A stretch of 64,000 nucleotides of DNA, from contig CADACQ010000009.1 of the NCBI GenBank assembly GCA_902786465.1, positions 3,339 to 67,338 on the forward strand. Direction: 5' to 3'. Origin of the DNA: an uncultured Eubacteriales bacterium (GTDB lineage: Bacteria; Bacillota; Clostridia; Christensenellales; CAG-138). The notes beneath the pieces were generated by a model. The model did no database searches, was not told the origin of the DNA, and worked only from the letters and a program-made list of their open reading frames with translations. The translations under genes were made by a program, and so were the position numbers. This document shows, piece by piece, positions 1 to 8,526 of the stretch (within the stretch, counting starts at the first letter, position 1; each line of letters opens with the position of its first letter).

Positions 1-59
1 GGCCGCCCCGCCCCGTATTGCTCGTAATTCAGCCGTATGCCGTTCACGAAAGCGTCCAT
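1..59 (-). CDS. N-terminal fragment of an alpha/beta-hydrolase-like protein, running off the window edge
   Basis: Minus-strand ATG at 59..57 reads MDAFVNGIRLNYEQYGAGR, a typical alpha/beta-hydrolase N-terminus. Only 19 codons are visible. Confidence 0.3.
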   Translation of the reverse strand, partial: MDAFVNGIRLNYEQYGAGR

Positions 60-72
60 AAGCTATTCCCGT

Positions 73-95
73 AAAAAAGCCGCCGAAAGGCGGCT
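73..95 (-). terminator. Rho-independent terminator after the S41 peptidase gene
   Basis: Minus strand reads AGCCGCC-TTTC-GGCGGCT followed by TTTTTT, just downstream of the stop at 108. Confidence 0.75.
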
Positions 96-107
96 GGATG
101 GTGAAGA

Positions 108-1337
108 TCAGCGATCCAGGCCCTTGAGGTATTCCACCGCCGCCTGCAGCTGGGTGTCGCTCTCATAGGGGATGGAGGGGATGTTGTAGTAGGTCAATCC
201 TTCCGGCAGCTCCACGATGTGGTCCGGCGTGATGCCCGTGCCCTGAATGCACACGTCGGCGGGCGTATAGTAGGCGTCGGTGGTGAACTTGATGGTGCCG
301 TCCCGGCCGAAATTGATATTGAAGAAGGTCTGGACGATGCCCTTGCCGAAGGTGACGGTGCCGAAGAGCTCCGCCGCGTCGTTGTCCTTCAGGGCGCCGG
401 AAAGGAGCTCGCTGGCTGAGGCGGAATAGCCGTTGACCAGCATGGCGATGGGCATGTCGAGGCCGTCGGAATGGGTGCGATAGACCTGCTCCTTGTTGAC
501 GCGGCTCCTGACCGTGGTGATGACCTTGTTCTTGGGCAGGAAGATGTCCGCGATATCGCATACGTCGGATAACGATCCACCAAGATCGTCCCGCACGTCC
601 AGCACCAGGGCGTTCATGCCCTGTTCCTTCAGATCGGCCAGGGCGTCCTTCACCTCCCGGACCACCTGGCCGTGGAAGCCGGAGATATAGATGTAGCCGA
701 TGGAATCGTCCAGCATCTTATAGGTGACGTAGGGGGAATAGACCTGGCGCATGGTGACGGTGAAGGTCAGCTCCTGGCCATCCCGCAGCACCACCACGGT
801 GTTCACGTCCCCTTCCTCGTGGATGATGAACCCCAAAAACTCGCTGAGATCCTTCCCCTCGGCGGGCTCGCCGTTGGCTCGGATAAGCTGGTCGCCCACC
901 AGGATGCCCGCTTCCTTGGCCGGTGTATCGTCGTAGACGTCGGTGATGATGAAGGTGCTGTTCCCCTGATCGGACACCAGCACGCCCATGCCGATGAAGG
1001 TGCCGGAGTTGCTGTTCAACAGCTCCTCGTATTCAGCCTTGGTATAGTACTCGGCGTAGTCGTCCCCCATATAGGCGGAGAGGCCCTTGAGAGCGCCGGT
1101 GACCATGCTCTCCTGGGTCTTTTCGTCGAAGAAATAGTAGTTCTTCTTCACCAGCTCGATGGCCTCGGAGACCGGCTCCAGCTCGGAGAACCGGTTCACG
1201 TAGTAGAGGGACGTGAAGAGTATGCTAAAAGCAGCCGCCAGCACGGCGCACAGCACACAAAGCCATACGCTGACCCGGCGGCTCCTTCTCTTCGTTTTCA
1301 CGGGAACGGATTCAAAGGTCAAACGGGTTTCTTCCAT
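108..1337 (-). CDS. S41 family C-terminal processing peptidase with PDZ domain and N-terminal membrane anchor
   Basis: 409-aa ORF with motifs LVLDVRDDLGGSL, NGYSASASELLSGALKD and TFGKGIVQ typical of CtpA/CtpB-type peptidases. Confidence 0.9.
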   Translation of the reverse strand: MEETRLTFESVPVKTKRRSRRVSVWLCVLCAVLAAAFSILFTSLYYVNRFSELEPVSEAIELVKKNYYFFDEKTQESMVTGALKGLSAYMGDDYAEYYTKAEYEELLNSNSGTFIGMGVLVSDQGNSTFIITDVYDDTPAKEAGILVGDQLIRANGEPAEGKDLSEFLGFIIHEEGDVNTVVVLRDGQELTFTVTMRQVYSPYVTYKMLDDSIGYIYISGFHGQVVREVKDALADLKEQGMNALVLDVRDDLGGSLSDVCDIADIFLPKNKVITTVRSRVNKEQVYRTHSDGLDMPIAMLVNGYSASASELLSGALKDNDAAELFGTVTFGKGIVQTFFNINFGRDGTIKFTTDAYYTPADVCIQGTGITPDHIVELPEGLTYYNIPSIPYESDTQLQAAVEYLKGLDR

Positions 1338-1349
1338 GGATGAAAAAGG

Positions 1350-1763
1350 TCACTCCAATATATAGGGACGCATGAACGCCGGCAGGATCTCCTCGCCCTT
1401 GCTGACGGAAAGGACGATATGGAGGGCATGCTGTTCCGCCAGCTTGTCGAGCTGTCGGAAGAATCCTTCGAGCTCGCCAAGATCTGCCTTGATCACGTTC
1501 TCGAACCGATCCACAAATACGTACTCCAAATCGAAATCCGACGCGCACAGGCCGCACAGAAAGCCCAGGAACATGTCGGGATCGTTCAGAGCGTAGTCCG
1601 TCACGTTGATGAAGCGGATGCTGTACCCCAAATCGTACATGTAGCTGTTGTCGTCGTCGATGAACACCATGCTGCCCTTCGCTTTGTCGGAAACGTCGTT
1701 GGCCAAAGAGATGATCCTCTTGGTCTTGCCGGTCCCCTTTTCTCCACAGATGATCTCGATCAA
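1350..1763 (-). CDS. Small P-loop NTPase, function unknown
   Basis: Walker A GEKGTGKT and Walker B-like MVFIDDD. The ORF is open to 1844 (TTG). An in-frame TTG at 1763 lies 8 nt after a strong AAGGAGG and puts the P-loop at the N-terminus. Confidence 0.6.
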   Translation of the reverse strand: MIEIICGEKGTGKTKRIISLANDVSDKAKGSMVFIDDDNSYMYDLGYSIRFINVTDYALNDPDMFLGFLCGLCASDFDLEYVFVDRFENVIKADLGELEGFFRQLDKLAEQHALHIVLSVSKGEEILPAFMRPYILE

Positions 1764-1850
1764 TTCATACGCCTCCTTCGGTTGATACTTGTATTGTACG
1801 CTGAATAGACGCCTTTTGCAAGCGGGGAATGCTTTTCTCCCCAAAAAGGT

Positions 1851-3410
1851 TCAGTCCTTCGTTTCCTTCTGCTCGTGATAGCTCTGCTCCGTGTTCACCG
1901 ACCAGAGGGCGGTCTTGTCGCCGCCGCCCCCTTCCAGGATCTCCACGGCGGCAAAGGCAGTAGCCATGGAATGGTCCATGTTGTTGTATCGATGCTGCCC
2001 GTTGCGACCGATGCAGTAGAGATTTTCGAAGCCGTCCAGGAAGTGGACGATGCTGTCCATCCGGGCATAGCCGTCGAAGTAGGCGGGATAGGCCTTCTTC
2101 ACCCGCTCTACGTGGGCGTCCAAGACGTCCCCTGCCCGGGCGATGCCGATCCTTTCGATCTCCCCCTTGGCAAGGTCGATCATCTCCGAATCCGTCTTCG
2201 TCCAGAGCTCGTCGCCCTCGTCGCAGAAGTATTCGAGGCCCAGCCACACGGTGTTCTCCGGGTCCTCCACCATGTAGGGGGACCAGTTGTTGAAAATCTG
2301 GACCCGGCCCAGCCGCACACCCTTATCCTGGACGTAAATCCAGCAGTCCGGGACCCGGTTTTTGACGGTCCGGCGCTGGGTGTCGTTGTGGATCAGCAGG
2401 TCCTTCACAAGGAGCCCCACGGTGACGAAGTCCCGATAGGGCAGGGTGTCCGCCGCGGCGCGCACGTCCTTGGGCACCTCCGTGCCGACGATGCCGTCGA
2501 CCAGCTCCCGCACGGGCATGGAGGAGAACACGGCGTCCGCCGTCAATCGCTTCTCCTCCCCCGCCTCCCGGCAGCGAACGGCCGTGATCCGGCCATCCGC
2601 CGTTTCGAGGGCTTCAACGGGGCAGTTCATCCGAATCTCGCCGCCCAGGCTCCGGACCTCCTCCGCCGCCAGCTCCCACAGCTGACCGGGGCCCAGCTTG
2701 GGGTAGACGTACCGCTCGATGAGGGAGGTCTCCACCTCCCCCTTGGTCCCTAGGAGCTTGCGGAAGATGTCCTTCAAAATGGCACGGATGGACAAACCCT
2801 TCACCCGCTGGGCTCCCCAGTCCGCGGATATCCTGGACGGGTGGCGGCCCCACACCTTCTCGGTGTAGCTCTCGAAGAACATGCTGTACAGCACCCGACC
2901 GAAGCGGTTGATGTAGAAGTTCTCCAACGAGGTCTCCGGGAGCTTGCGGACGCAGGAATAGAGGTAGCTGAACCCGGCCTTGAGGGTGGTGAAGAAGCCC
3001 ATGCTGCGGATGGTGGACCACTTCATGGAGATAGGATAGTCGAAGAAATGGCGTTGGAAATAGATGCGGCTCACCCGGTCTCGGATCAGCATGACCCGAT
3101 CTGTTTCCTCCGGGTCCGGGCCAACCGGGGCATAGTCCTTCTCCGCGTTAAGGAGCTTGTCGTCCCAGGCGGGCGCGCCCTGAAGCGGCATCAACTCCGC
3201 CCACCAGCGGTTCACCCGCTCGTCCTTGCTGAAGAAACGGTGGCCGCCGATGTCCATGCGGTTGCCGTGATAGCGGACGGTCTGGGAGATGCCGCCGATC
3301 CGGTCGGTGGCCTCCAAAACAGTGACGGTATATCCTTTTTTCAGCAGCTCTATGGCGGCGGTGAGGCCGGCGGGACCGGCGCCGATGATGACGATATGCT
3401 TTGCTTCCAT
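1851..3410 (-). CDS. NAD(P)/FAD-dependent oxidoreductase (amine-oxidase / UDP-galactopyranose-mutase-like fold)
   Basis: 519-aa ORF with N-terminal Rossmann motif [15 protein letters not shown]. Confidence 0.8.
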   Translation of the reverse strand: MEAKHIVIIGAGPAGLTAAIELLKKGYTVTVLEATDRIGGISQTVRYHGNRMDIGGHRFFSKDERVNRWWAELMPLQGAPAWDDKLLNAEKDYAPVGPDPEETDRVMLIRDRVSRIYFQRHFFDYPISMKWSTIRSMGFFTTLKAGFSYLYSCVRKLPETSLENFYINRFGRVLYSMFFESYTEKVWGRHPSRISADWGAQRVKGLSIRAILKDIFRKLLGTKGEVETSLIERYVYPKLGPGQLWELAAEEVRSLGGEIRMNCPVEALETADGRITAVRCREAGEEKRLTADAVFSSMPVRELVDGIVGTEVPKDVRAAADTLPYRDFVTVGLLVKDLLIHNDTQRRTVKNRVPDCWIYVQDKGVRLGRVQIFNNWSPYMVEDPENTVWLGLEYFCDEGDELWTKTDSEMIDLAKGEIERIGIARAGDVLDAHVERVKKAYPAYFDGYARMDSIVHFLDGFENLYCIGRNGQHRYNNMDHSMATAFAAVEILEGGGGDKTALWSVNTEQSYHEQKETKD

Positions 3411-3416
3411 ATCCGT

Positions 3417-3445
3417 ATCATACCCGCAAAAAAACGGACCGTCAA
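3417..3445 (-). promoter_or_regulatory. Sigma-A-type promoter abutting the oxidoreductase ATG (possible leaderless mRNA)
   Basis: Minus strand TTGACG (3445..3440), 17-nt spacer, TATGAT (3422..3417). Only 6 nt separate the -10 from the ATG at 3410, and there is no Shine-Dalgarno sequence. Confidence 0.5.
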
Positions 3446-3458
3446 GCCGCGTTCCGTT
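3428..3458 (-). terminator. Weak terminator-like hairpin plus T-run after the TIM-barrel gene
   Basis: Minus strand AACGGA ... TCCGTT followed by TTTTTTT. The loop is large, so the call is tentative. Confidence 0.35.
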
Positions 3459-3488
3459 TCTTTACCGTTCGTTTGCTTTCTTGTCGAA

Positions 3489-4454
3489 TTATGCCTGCCC
3501 CAGAGCTAAAAGCTGCTTTTTCAACATGGCTTCCTGCTCCGCCCGGGACCGGGAGATGAACTCGAAGGTGAGGTATTCCGGGTCGATCCACTCGATGAGC
3601 GCCTGCACCCCCGGGCAGGCAAAGGGCTGATGCTGATCGCATTGGAAGGCGTGGGTATAGACCTGCTCCGTGCGCTTTTGGGGGTCACGGGACAGTACCG
3701 GCGGATGGGCGGCCGTTTCGGACATGTACGCCCCGGTCAGGGACTGATTCAGATGGATGCCCCGGATGGTCTTGCGAACGGCCTCCCCCTGCTCTTCAAT
3801 CCGGCGGCGAAGGTAGGCGAGGGCCTCCTCCTGGGTGCGCAAAGAGAGGTCCGTGTGCATGAGATGGCCCGTGTCCAGCATGATGCCCTTGTTCCGGTAA
3901 CGGACCCGGTCAAGGAGCAGCCCGGTCACCTCCGGCTCCGTCAGGGTCAGGCCCGGATGCCACAGGTTTTCCATCAGCAGGGCCATGTCCCCGTCCTGCT
4001 CGGGAAAGAGGGTATTCAAAAGGTCGGCAGATGCTTCCGCAACCTCCCGGCTGGTGTGGCGGTAGCGCAGGGTGAAGAGCTCCTCATCGGCGCAGTCGGA
4101 CACGTGGAAGACCACGTACCGGGCCCCCTCGGTCTTCGCCTTTTCTATGTCCTGGCGGTAGGCGTCCACGAGAGCGTCCGGCGTCTCCCAGCCGTAGAGG
4201 GCGCGGACGGCCTCCCTGCCGCCCAGATGGCGCTCACAGGTGGCCAAATCGCCGGTATAGAAATCGTACCAGTAGGGAAAGAAGATCAGGTGGACGCCCA
4301 GGATCTTCTCCGGGGGCACCACGCCGCGGGCGTCCTCGCCGCAGTGCATGAGCTCAAGACCGTCAAATCCGGTGAGGGCTGAAAGGAGATCCGCCCTATC
4401 CCGATAGCGGTCCAGATCGTCGCTGTAAGTGGTGAGATTGAAAGTACGCTTCAT
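3489..4454 (-). CDS. Xylose-isomerase-like TIM-barrel protein (sugar phosphate isomerase/epimerase family), last gene of the B12 operon
   Basis: The ORF is open to 4478. The ATG at 4454 overlaps the cobC stop (ATGA). Family-like motifs: VVFHVSD, LLMENLWHPG, MLDTGHLMH. Confidence 0.65.
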   Translation of the reverse strand: MKRTFNLTTYSDDLDRYRDRADLLSALTGFDGLELMHCGEDARGVVPPEKILGVHLIFFPYWYDFYTGDLATCERHLGGREAVRALYGWETPDALVDAYRQDIEKAKTEGARYVVFHVSDCADEELFTLRYRHTSREVAEASADLLNTLFPEQDGDMALLMENLWHPGLTLTEPEVTGLLLDRVRYRNKGIMLDTGHLMHTDLSLRTQEEALAYLRRRIEEQGEAVRKTIRGIHLNQSLTGAYMSETAAHPPVLSRDPQKRTEQVYTHAFQCDQHQPFACPGVQALIEWIDPEYLTFEFISRSRAEQEAMLKKQLLALGQA

Positions 4455-5050
4455 GAGCCGACTTTTTCCAAATGACACACGTCTGTCAGCACCAGTCCCT
4501 CCGGTCCCATTTGGACGTTGCAGCGGTAGCCTTGGCAGTTATTCAGCCGCCAGTCGAAATAGTCTGCTTTCGGGACTGCAAAACGGCTCATGACGGACAT
4601 GATCGTTCCGCCGTGCGCTACGATATAGAGGCGCTCCCGCCCATCCTTTTGGGCTTTCTCCACCTCTCGTCTAAAGGCCGCACACACCCTGTGCTGAAAG
4701 ACCATCCGGGCCTCCCCGTGAGGGCAGGGCCCCATGCACCGGGTCTGCTCCACCCAGTAACGAAAGTCCGCATCGTCATACATCTCCCGGGCGGATCGGT
4801 TTTCAAACGTCCCGAAATCCATCTCGCGCAACCCTGGACAAACGTGCTGGGCTGCATTGGGGAACAGAATGGCTGCCGTCATCTGCGTGCGTCGAAGGGG
4901 CGTTACGATCACTTCCTGCACGGAGGGATCGCTGCCCGCAGCCTTGGCCGTCTCGATGCCCAACGCGCAAAGGGGTTCGTCCGTTATGCCCAAATACTTG
5001 CCCGCGGCGTTCCCCGCCGTCTGACCGTGGCGAAAGAGATAGACCTGCAT
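4451..5050 (-). CDS. cobC: Histidine-phosphatase family protein, alpha-ribazole phosphatase
   Basis: N-terminal RHGQTAGN catalytic motif. Sits in the cobT/U/S operon. Confidence 0.8.
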   Translation of the reverse strand: MQVYLFRHGQTAGNAAGKYLGITDEPLCALGIETAKAAGSDPSVQEVIVTPLRRTQMTAAILFPNAAQHVCPGLREMDFGTFENRSAREMYDDADFRYWVEQTRCMGPCPHGEARMVFQHRVCAAFRREVEKAQKDGRERLYIVAHGGTIMSVMSRFAVPKADYFDWRLNNCQGYRCNVQMGPEGLVLTDVCHLEKVGS

Positions 5051-5051
5051 A

Positions 5052-5399
5052 TTACGCTCCTTTGATGATCGTGGGAATACCGGCCACCATGCGAACCACC
5101 TTCTCCGCGTGGGCGGCCAACTGGATGCAGATGCGGCCGGTGGCTTCCCGGGCCTGCCGCTGCTCGTACCGGATGGGGATCACGCCGGAGCCCACCTCAC
5201 AGCAAGCCACGACTTCCTTTTGCAGCAAGGCGGGCAGCAGGGTCTGGGCCCCTTTGGGGTCGGCGGCCACCAGCTTTTCCAGGCCGTAGAGGGCCTTTTT
5301 GTCGTCCAGCACGCCGTCGGCGATATCCTGAGGCCCGTAGCCCAGGGACAGTAGATAGGTGCGCTTGCCCGAGGCAGCGCCGCCAAGGATCAATATCAT
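5052..5399 (-). CDS. Short CobU-like P-loop protein (truncated paralog of adenosylcobinamide kinase/guanylyltransferase)
   Basis: 115 aa. N-terminus MILILGGAASGKR and C-terminus VVRMVAGIPTIIKG parallel the two ends of the neighbouring cobU. The middle of the family is missing. Confidence 0.6.
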   Translation of the reverse strand: MILILGGAASGKRTYLLSLGYGPQDIADGVLDDKKALYGLEKLVAADPKGAQTLLPALLQKEVVACCEVGSGVIPIRYEQRQAREATGRICIQLAAHAEKVVRMVAGIPTIIKGA

Positions 5400-6166
5400 A
5401 GCGCCAGTATCCTTTCCATCAGCACCATCAGTCCCAGCATGACCAGCTCCGCCGTCTGGAGCTGGAACCCGGCGATATCCCCGGACATGCCTTCAAATTG
5501 TTTCATCGCCATGCGCCGGACCAGCAGGAGCGTAGCTACCGCCCCCAGGGCCATGACGCTGCCCACCAAAGGCCAGACGGCCACCATGGCGGCGGCGGAC
5601 AGGACCACCCAGCCTACGGCCATAACGGTCACCCGCTTGTCCGCGGCCTGATGAAAGACGTTCAGCGTCCCCTCTCCCGGCCGCACGGGCAGCAGGGTGC
5701 CGGACACGGCGGAGAGGCTCCGGCTCATGACGTGAATAAGCCCCAGCAGAGCCAGCGTCCGACCGGACCAGGGCAACTCCACGCACAGGCCGAACCAAAG
5801 GAGCAGATAGGCGGCCAAGCCGATGATGGCGAAGGCGCCGGCATGGGGATCCTTCAGGATGGCCCGCTTCTTCTCCGGGGCGGCGTGGCTCTTGAGGGCG
5901 TCCACCGTGTCCATGAAGCCGTCCAGGTGGATGCCGCCGGTGAGGAGCAGGGGGATCAACGTCATGCCCACCCCGTGAAGGACCGGGCCGAAGGAAAGCC
6001 AGCTCCTGAGCAGGAACCACAGCCATTCCGCCCCGCCGATGACCAGGCCCACCAGGGGCAGGGCCGCCAGCATATACCGTATCTTCTCCTTCTCCCAGGG
6101 CACCTGGGGCGCGGGCAGGGCGGAGAACATGGAGAAGGCGGCGAAGATGGAATAGATGAAGTTCAT
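5396..6166 (-). CDS. cobS: Adenosylcobinamide-GDP ribazoletransferase (cobalamin synthase)
   Basis: 256-aa polytopic membrane protein starting MNFIYSIFAAFSMFSALP, with the GGIHLDGFMDTVDA motif. The ATG at 6166 overlaps the native cobU stop. Confidence 0.9.
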   Translation of the reverse strand: MNFIYSIFAAFSMFSALPAPQVPWEKEKIRYMLAALPLVGLVIGGAEWLWFLLRSWLSFGPVLHGVGMTLIPLLLTGGIHLDGFMDTVDALKSHAAPEKKRAILKDPHAGAFAIIGLAAYLLLWFGLCVELPWSGRTLALLGLIHVMSRSLSAVSGTLLPVRPGEGTLNVFHQAADKRVTVMAVGWVVLSAAAMVAVWPLVGSVMALGAVATLLLVRRMAMKQFEGMSGDIAGFQLQTAELVMLGLMVLMERILAL

Positions 6167-6700
6167 ACCGTCTCTCCTTTCAAACAGATGGGGATGCCCG
6201 CCACCAGCTCGTAGACCCGATCCGCCATGGCGGCCACCCGCGGCCACCCGGGCGTTGATCTTGCCAAGAGCATGGATATATCGCCGGGTTTCCTCAGAGT
6301 ATTTCTCGTTATCGCTGCCCACGTCGTTGGTAATGACGATAAGGGTGTCCGCCTGTTTTTTTAAATTTTTCACCCCCGCCACCACCTTCTCCACCGGATC
6401 CACGGGCTCTTCCGGATGTATATACATCTCGTTGGCGGTGAGATTGCATAAACATTCCAGCAGAGCCGTGCCGCCGGGTCGGGGCAGCTCCAAGGTGTCC
6501 ACGGCCGTATATCGCTCGATGGTCTCGAAGCCCTTGCCCACCCGAAGGTCCCGATGGCGGGCGATCTTGCGCAGACATTCGTCGTCGTAGGGCTGCATGG
6601 CGGCGATATAGTACAGGGGTTTTGGCCCCAGTACCGCTAGTTTTTCCCCGTATGAGCTTTTGCCGCAGGCGGAGCCGCCGGTGAGCAGAATCAGCATCAT
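6163..6700 (-). pseudogene. cobU: cobU (adenosylcobinamide kinase / cobinamide-phosphate guanylyltransferase) frameshifted by a 10-bp tandem duplication
   Basis: MMLILLTGGSACGKSSYGE P-loop start at 6700 overlaps the cobT stop. After ...GKINARVAA the frame shifts. The alternate frame gives the canonical end MADRVYELVAGIPICLKGETV with its stop at 6165..6163. As assembled it reads through into cobS (ORF 5396..6799). Confidence 0.8.
6231..6250. repeat. Perfect 10-bp tandem duplication (cggccacccg x2) inside cobU
   Basis: Read directly: 6231..6240 equals 6241..6250. Confidence 0.95.
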
Positions 6701-7761
6701 TTCCCTCCCTGGGGCGTGTAGGCGTCGATACCCACCGCGTCGAAGGTGGTGTTTCCGTTGTATACGGCCAGCGCCATATCGAGGAGCGGCAGCAAACACA
6801 CGCCGCCCGTACCCTCGCCGAGACGCATATTTGCAAAAATTATTGGATATTTATTCAGCACCATCAGCACCCGCTTGGCCGCCGGTTCGTCGGAACAGTG
6901 GCTGGGCAGCATGGCCACGTCCGCCCCGGGGCAGAGCCGCTGGGCCATCAGGGCCGCCACGGCGCTGATGAACCCGTCGATGACCACCGGCACCCCGTAA
7001 ATGGCGCCGCCGATGAACAGCCCGGCCATGCCGGCGATATCCAGCCCGCCCAACTTGCTCAGCACGTCCAAGGGATCCTTGGGGTCCGGCCGATGGACGG
7101 TGATGGCCCGTTCGATGGCCCAAATCTTCCGATGGAGCCCCGCGTCGCTTAGGCCAGCGCCCCGGCCCGTGACCGTCTCCGCCGGCAGGTTCAGCAGGGC
7201 CGCCACCAGGGCGCTTGAGGTGGTGGTGTTGCCGATGCCCATCTCCCCGGAGACCAGGAGCCCGTACCCCTGGGCCTTCAAATCCTTGACCAGGTCCACG
7301 CCCGCCGAGATGGCCTCCATGGCCTGCTCCCGGGTCATGGCGGGGCGGCGGGCCATATCCTCCGTGCCGTCCATGACGTGGCGATCCAGGACCCCCTCCA
7401 CCCGACGGACCATCCCAAGGTCCACCGGGATCACGTCCGCATGGACCGTCCTGGCCATCCTGCAGACGGAGGAATTCATCTTCACCATCTCCGCCGCCAT
7501 GCGGGCGGTGACCTCCTGGCCGGTCTGGGTCACACCCTCCCGGACCACGCCGTTGTCGGCGCAACAGACCACTACGGCTCGCTTGGAGATATCCACGACA
7601 GGGTCCCCGGTCAGGGCGGCGATGTCCATGACCAGCTTCTCCAGGGCTCCCAAGCTCCCCAGGGGCTTGGCGATGCTGTCCCACTGGCGCTGGGCCGCCT
7701 CCCGGGCCGCCGCATCGGGCTTGCGCAGGCTGTTTTGCCAAGCTTGCAGCCGTTCTTCCAT
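6697..7761 (-). CDS. cobT: Nicotinate-nucleotide--dimethylbenzimidazole phosphoribosyltransferase
   Basis: Family-typical sequence (SGEMGIGNTT, GLDIAGMAG). The ATG at 7761 is preceded by GGAAGGAGG. The ORF is open to 7779. Confidence 0.9.
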   Translation of the reverse strand: MEERLQAWQNSLRKPDAAAREAAQRQWDSIAKPLGSLGALEKLVMDIAALTGDPVVDISKRAVVVCCADNGVVREGVTQTGQEVTARMAAEMVKMNSSVCRMARTVHADVIPVDLGMVRRVEGVLDRHVMDGTEDMARRPAMTREQAMEAISAGVDLVKDLKAQGYGLLVSGEMGIGNTTTSSALVAALLNLPAETVTGRGAGLSDAGLHRKIWAIERAITVHRPDPKDPLDVLSKLGGLDIAGMAGLFIGGAIYGVPVVIDGFISAVAALMAQRLCPGADVAMLPSHCSDEPAAKRVLMVLNKYPIIFANMRLGEGTGGVCLLPLLDMALAVYNGNTTFDAVGIDAYTPQGGK

Positions 7762-7763
7762 CG

Positions 7764-8522
7764 TCACGCCTCCTTCCACTGGTCCAGCATCTTGTTCATC
7801 CAGGCCCGCACGTCCATGCGGTAGACCTGGTTCAGCACATCGTCGGAAAAGACCTGGTCCATGGGCCCGTCGGCCACCACCAGCCCCCTGTCCAGGAGCA
7901 GGGCCCTGGTGCCGTAGGCCCGGGCCAACGACAGGTCGTGGACCACAGAGATCACGGCTCGCCCCGGCTGCTTCAGCCAGTTCTGTATGAGTTCGAACAC
8001 CTGCTTCTGGTACACCAGGTCCAGGTGGTTGGTGGGTTCGTCCAGCAGCAGGAGCTTTGGGTCCTGGCAGAAGGTCTGGGCCAGGAACGTCCGCTGCAGC
8101 TCGCCGCCGGACAGGGTCAGCACGTTTTGACGGCGCTGCTCATAAAGGCCCGTCTGTTCGAGGGCCGCCCGCACCGCGTCCTCCTCCCCGCTGTGGCGGG
8201 AGAAGATGGTGGGCGCGTAGGCGTACCGGCCCAGGCGGACCACCTCCTCCACGGTGAAGGAGTAGCCCACGAAATGGCTCTGCGAAAGGACGCCCACGCC
8301 CCGGGCCAGCTCGTGGGGCTTCATGGTCCGGGTATCCTTCCCCTCGAAGAACACCCGGCCCCGAGTGGGCGCGCCGCCGGTGACAGCGTTGATCAGGGTG
8401 GACTTCCCCGCCCCGTTGGGGCCCACGATCATGAGCCATTCCCCGGGCGCAAGGTCGAAGGATACCCCGTTCAATATGGTCAGGTCCCCGTAGGCGACGG
8501 ACAGGTTTTCTACGCGCAGCAT
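7764..8522 (-). CDS. ABC transporter ATP-binding protein (FecE/BtuD-like)
   Basis: Walker A GPNGAGKST, signature LSGGELQR, Walker B LLLLDEPT. Confidence 0.9.
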   Translation of the reverse strand: MLRVENLSVAYGDLTILNGVSFDLAPGEWLMIVGPNGAGKSTLINAVTGGAPTRGRVFFEGKDTRTMKPHELARGVGVLSQSHFVGYSFTVEEVVRLGRYAYAPTIFSRHSGEEDAVRAALEQTGLYEQRRQNVLTLSGGELQRTFLAQTFCQDPKLLLLDEPTNHLDLVYQKQVFELIQNWLKQPGRAVISVVHDLSLARAYGTRALLLDRGLVVADGPMDQVFSDDVLNQVYRMDVRAWMNKMLDQWKEA

Positions 8523-8526
8523 GGAA

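Noticed and set aside
5396-6799. Reading the 467-aa ORF as a natural bifunctional CobU-CobS fusion protein
   Set aside because: The junction is created by a perfect 10-bp tandem duplication. Removing one copy restores a canonical CobU C-terminus with a stop overlapping the cobS ATG. A frameshift or assembly lesion is the simpler explanation, though expression of the fusion cannot be excluded.
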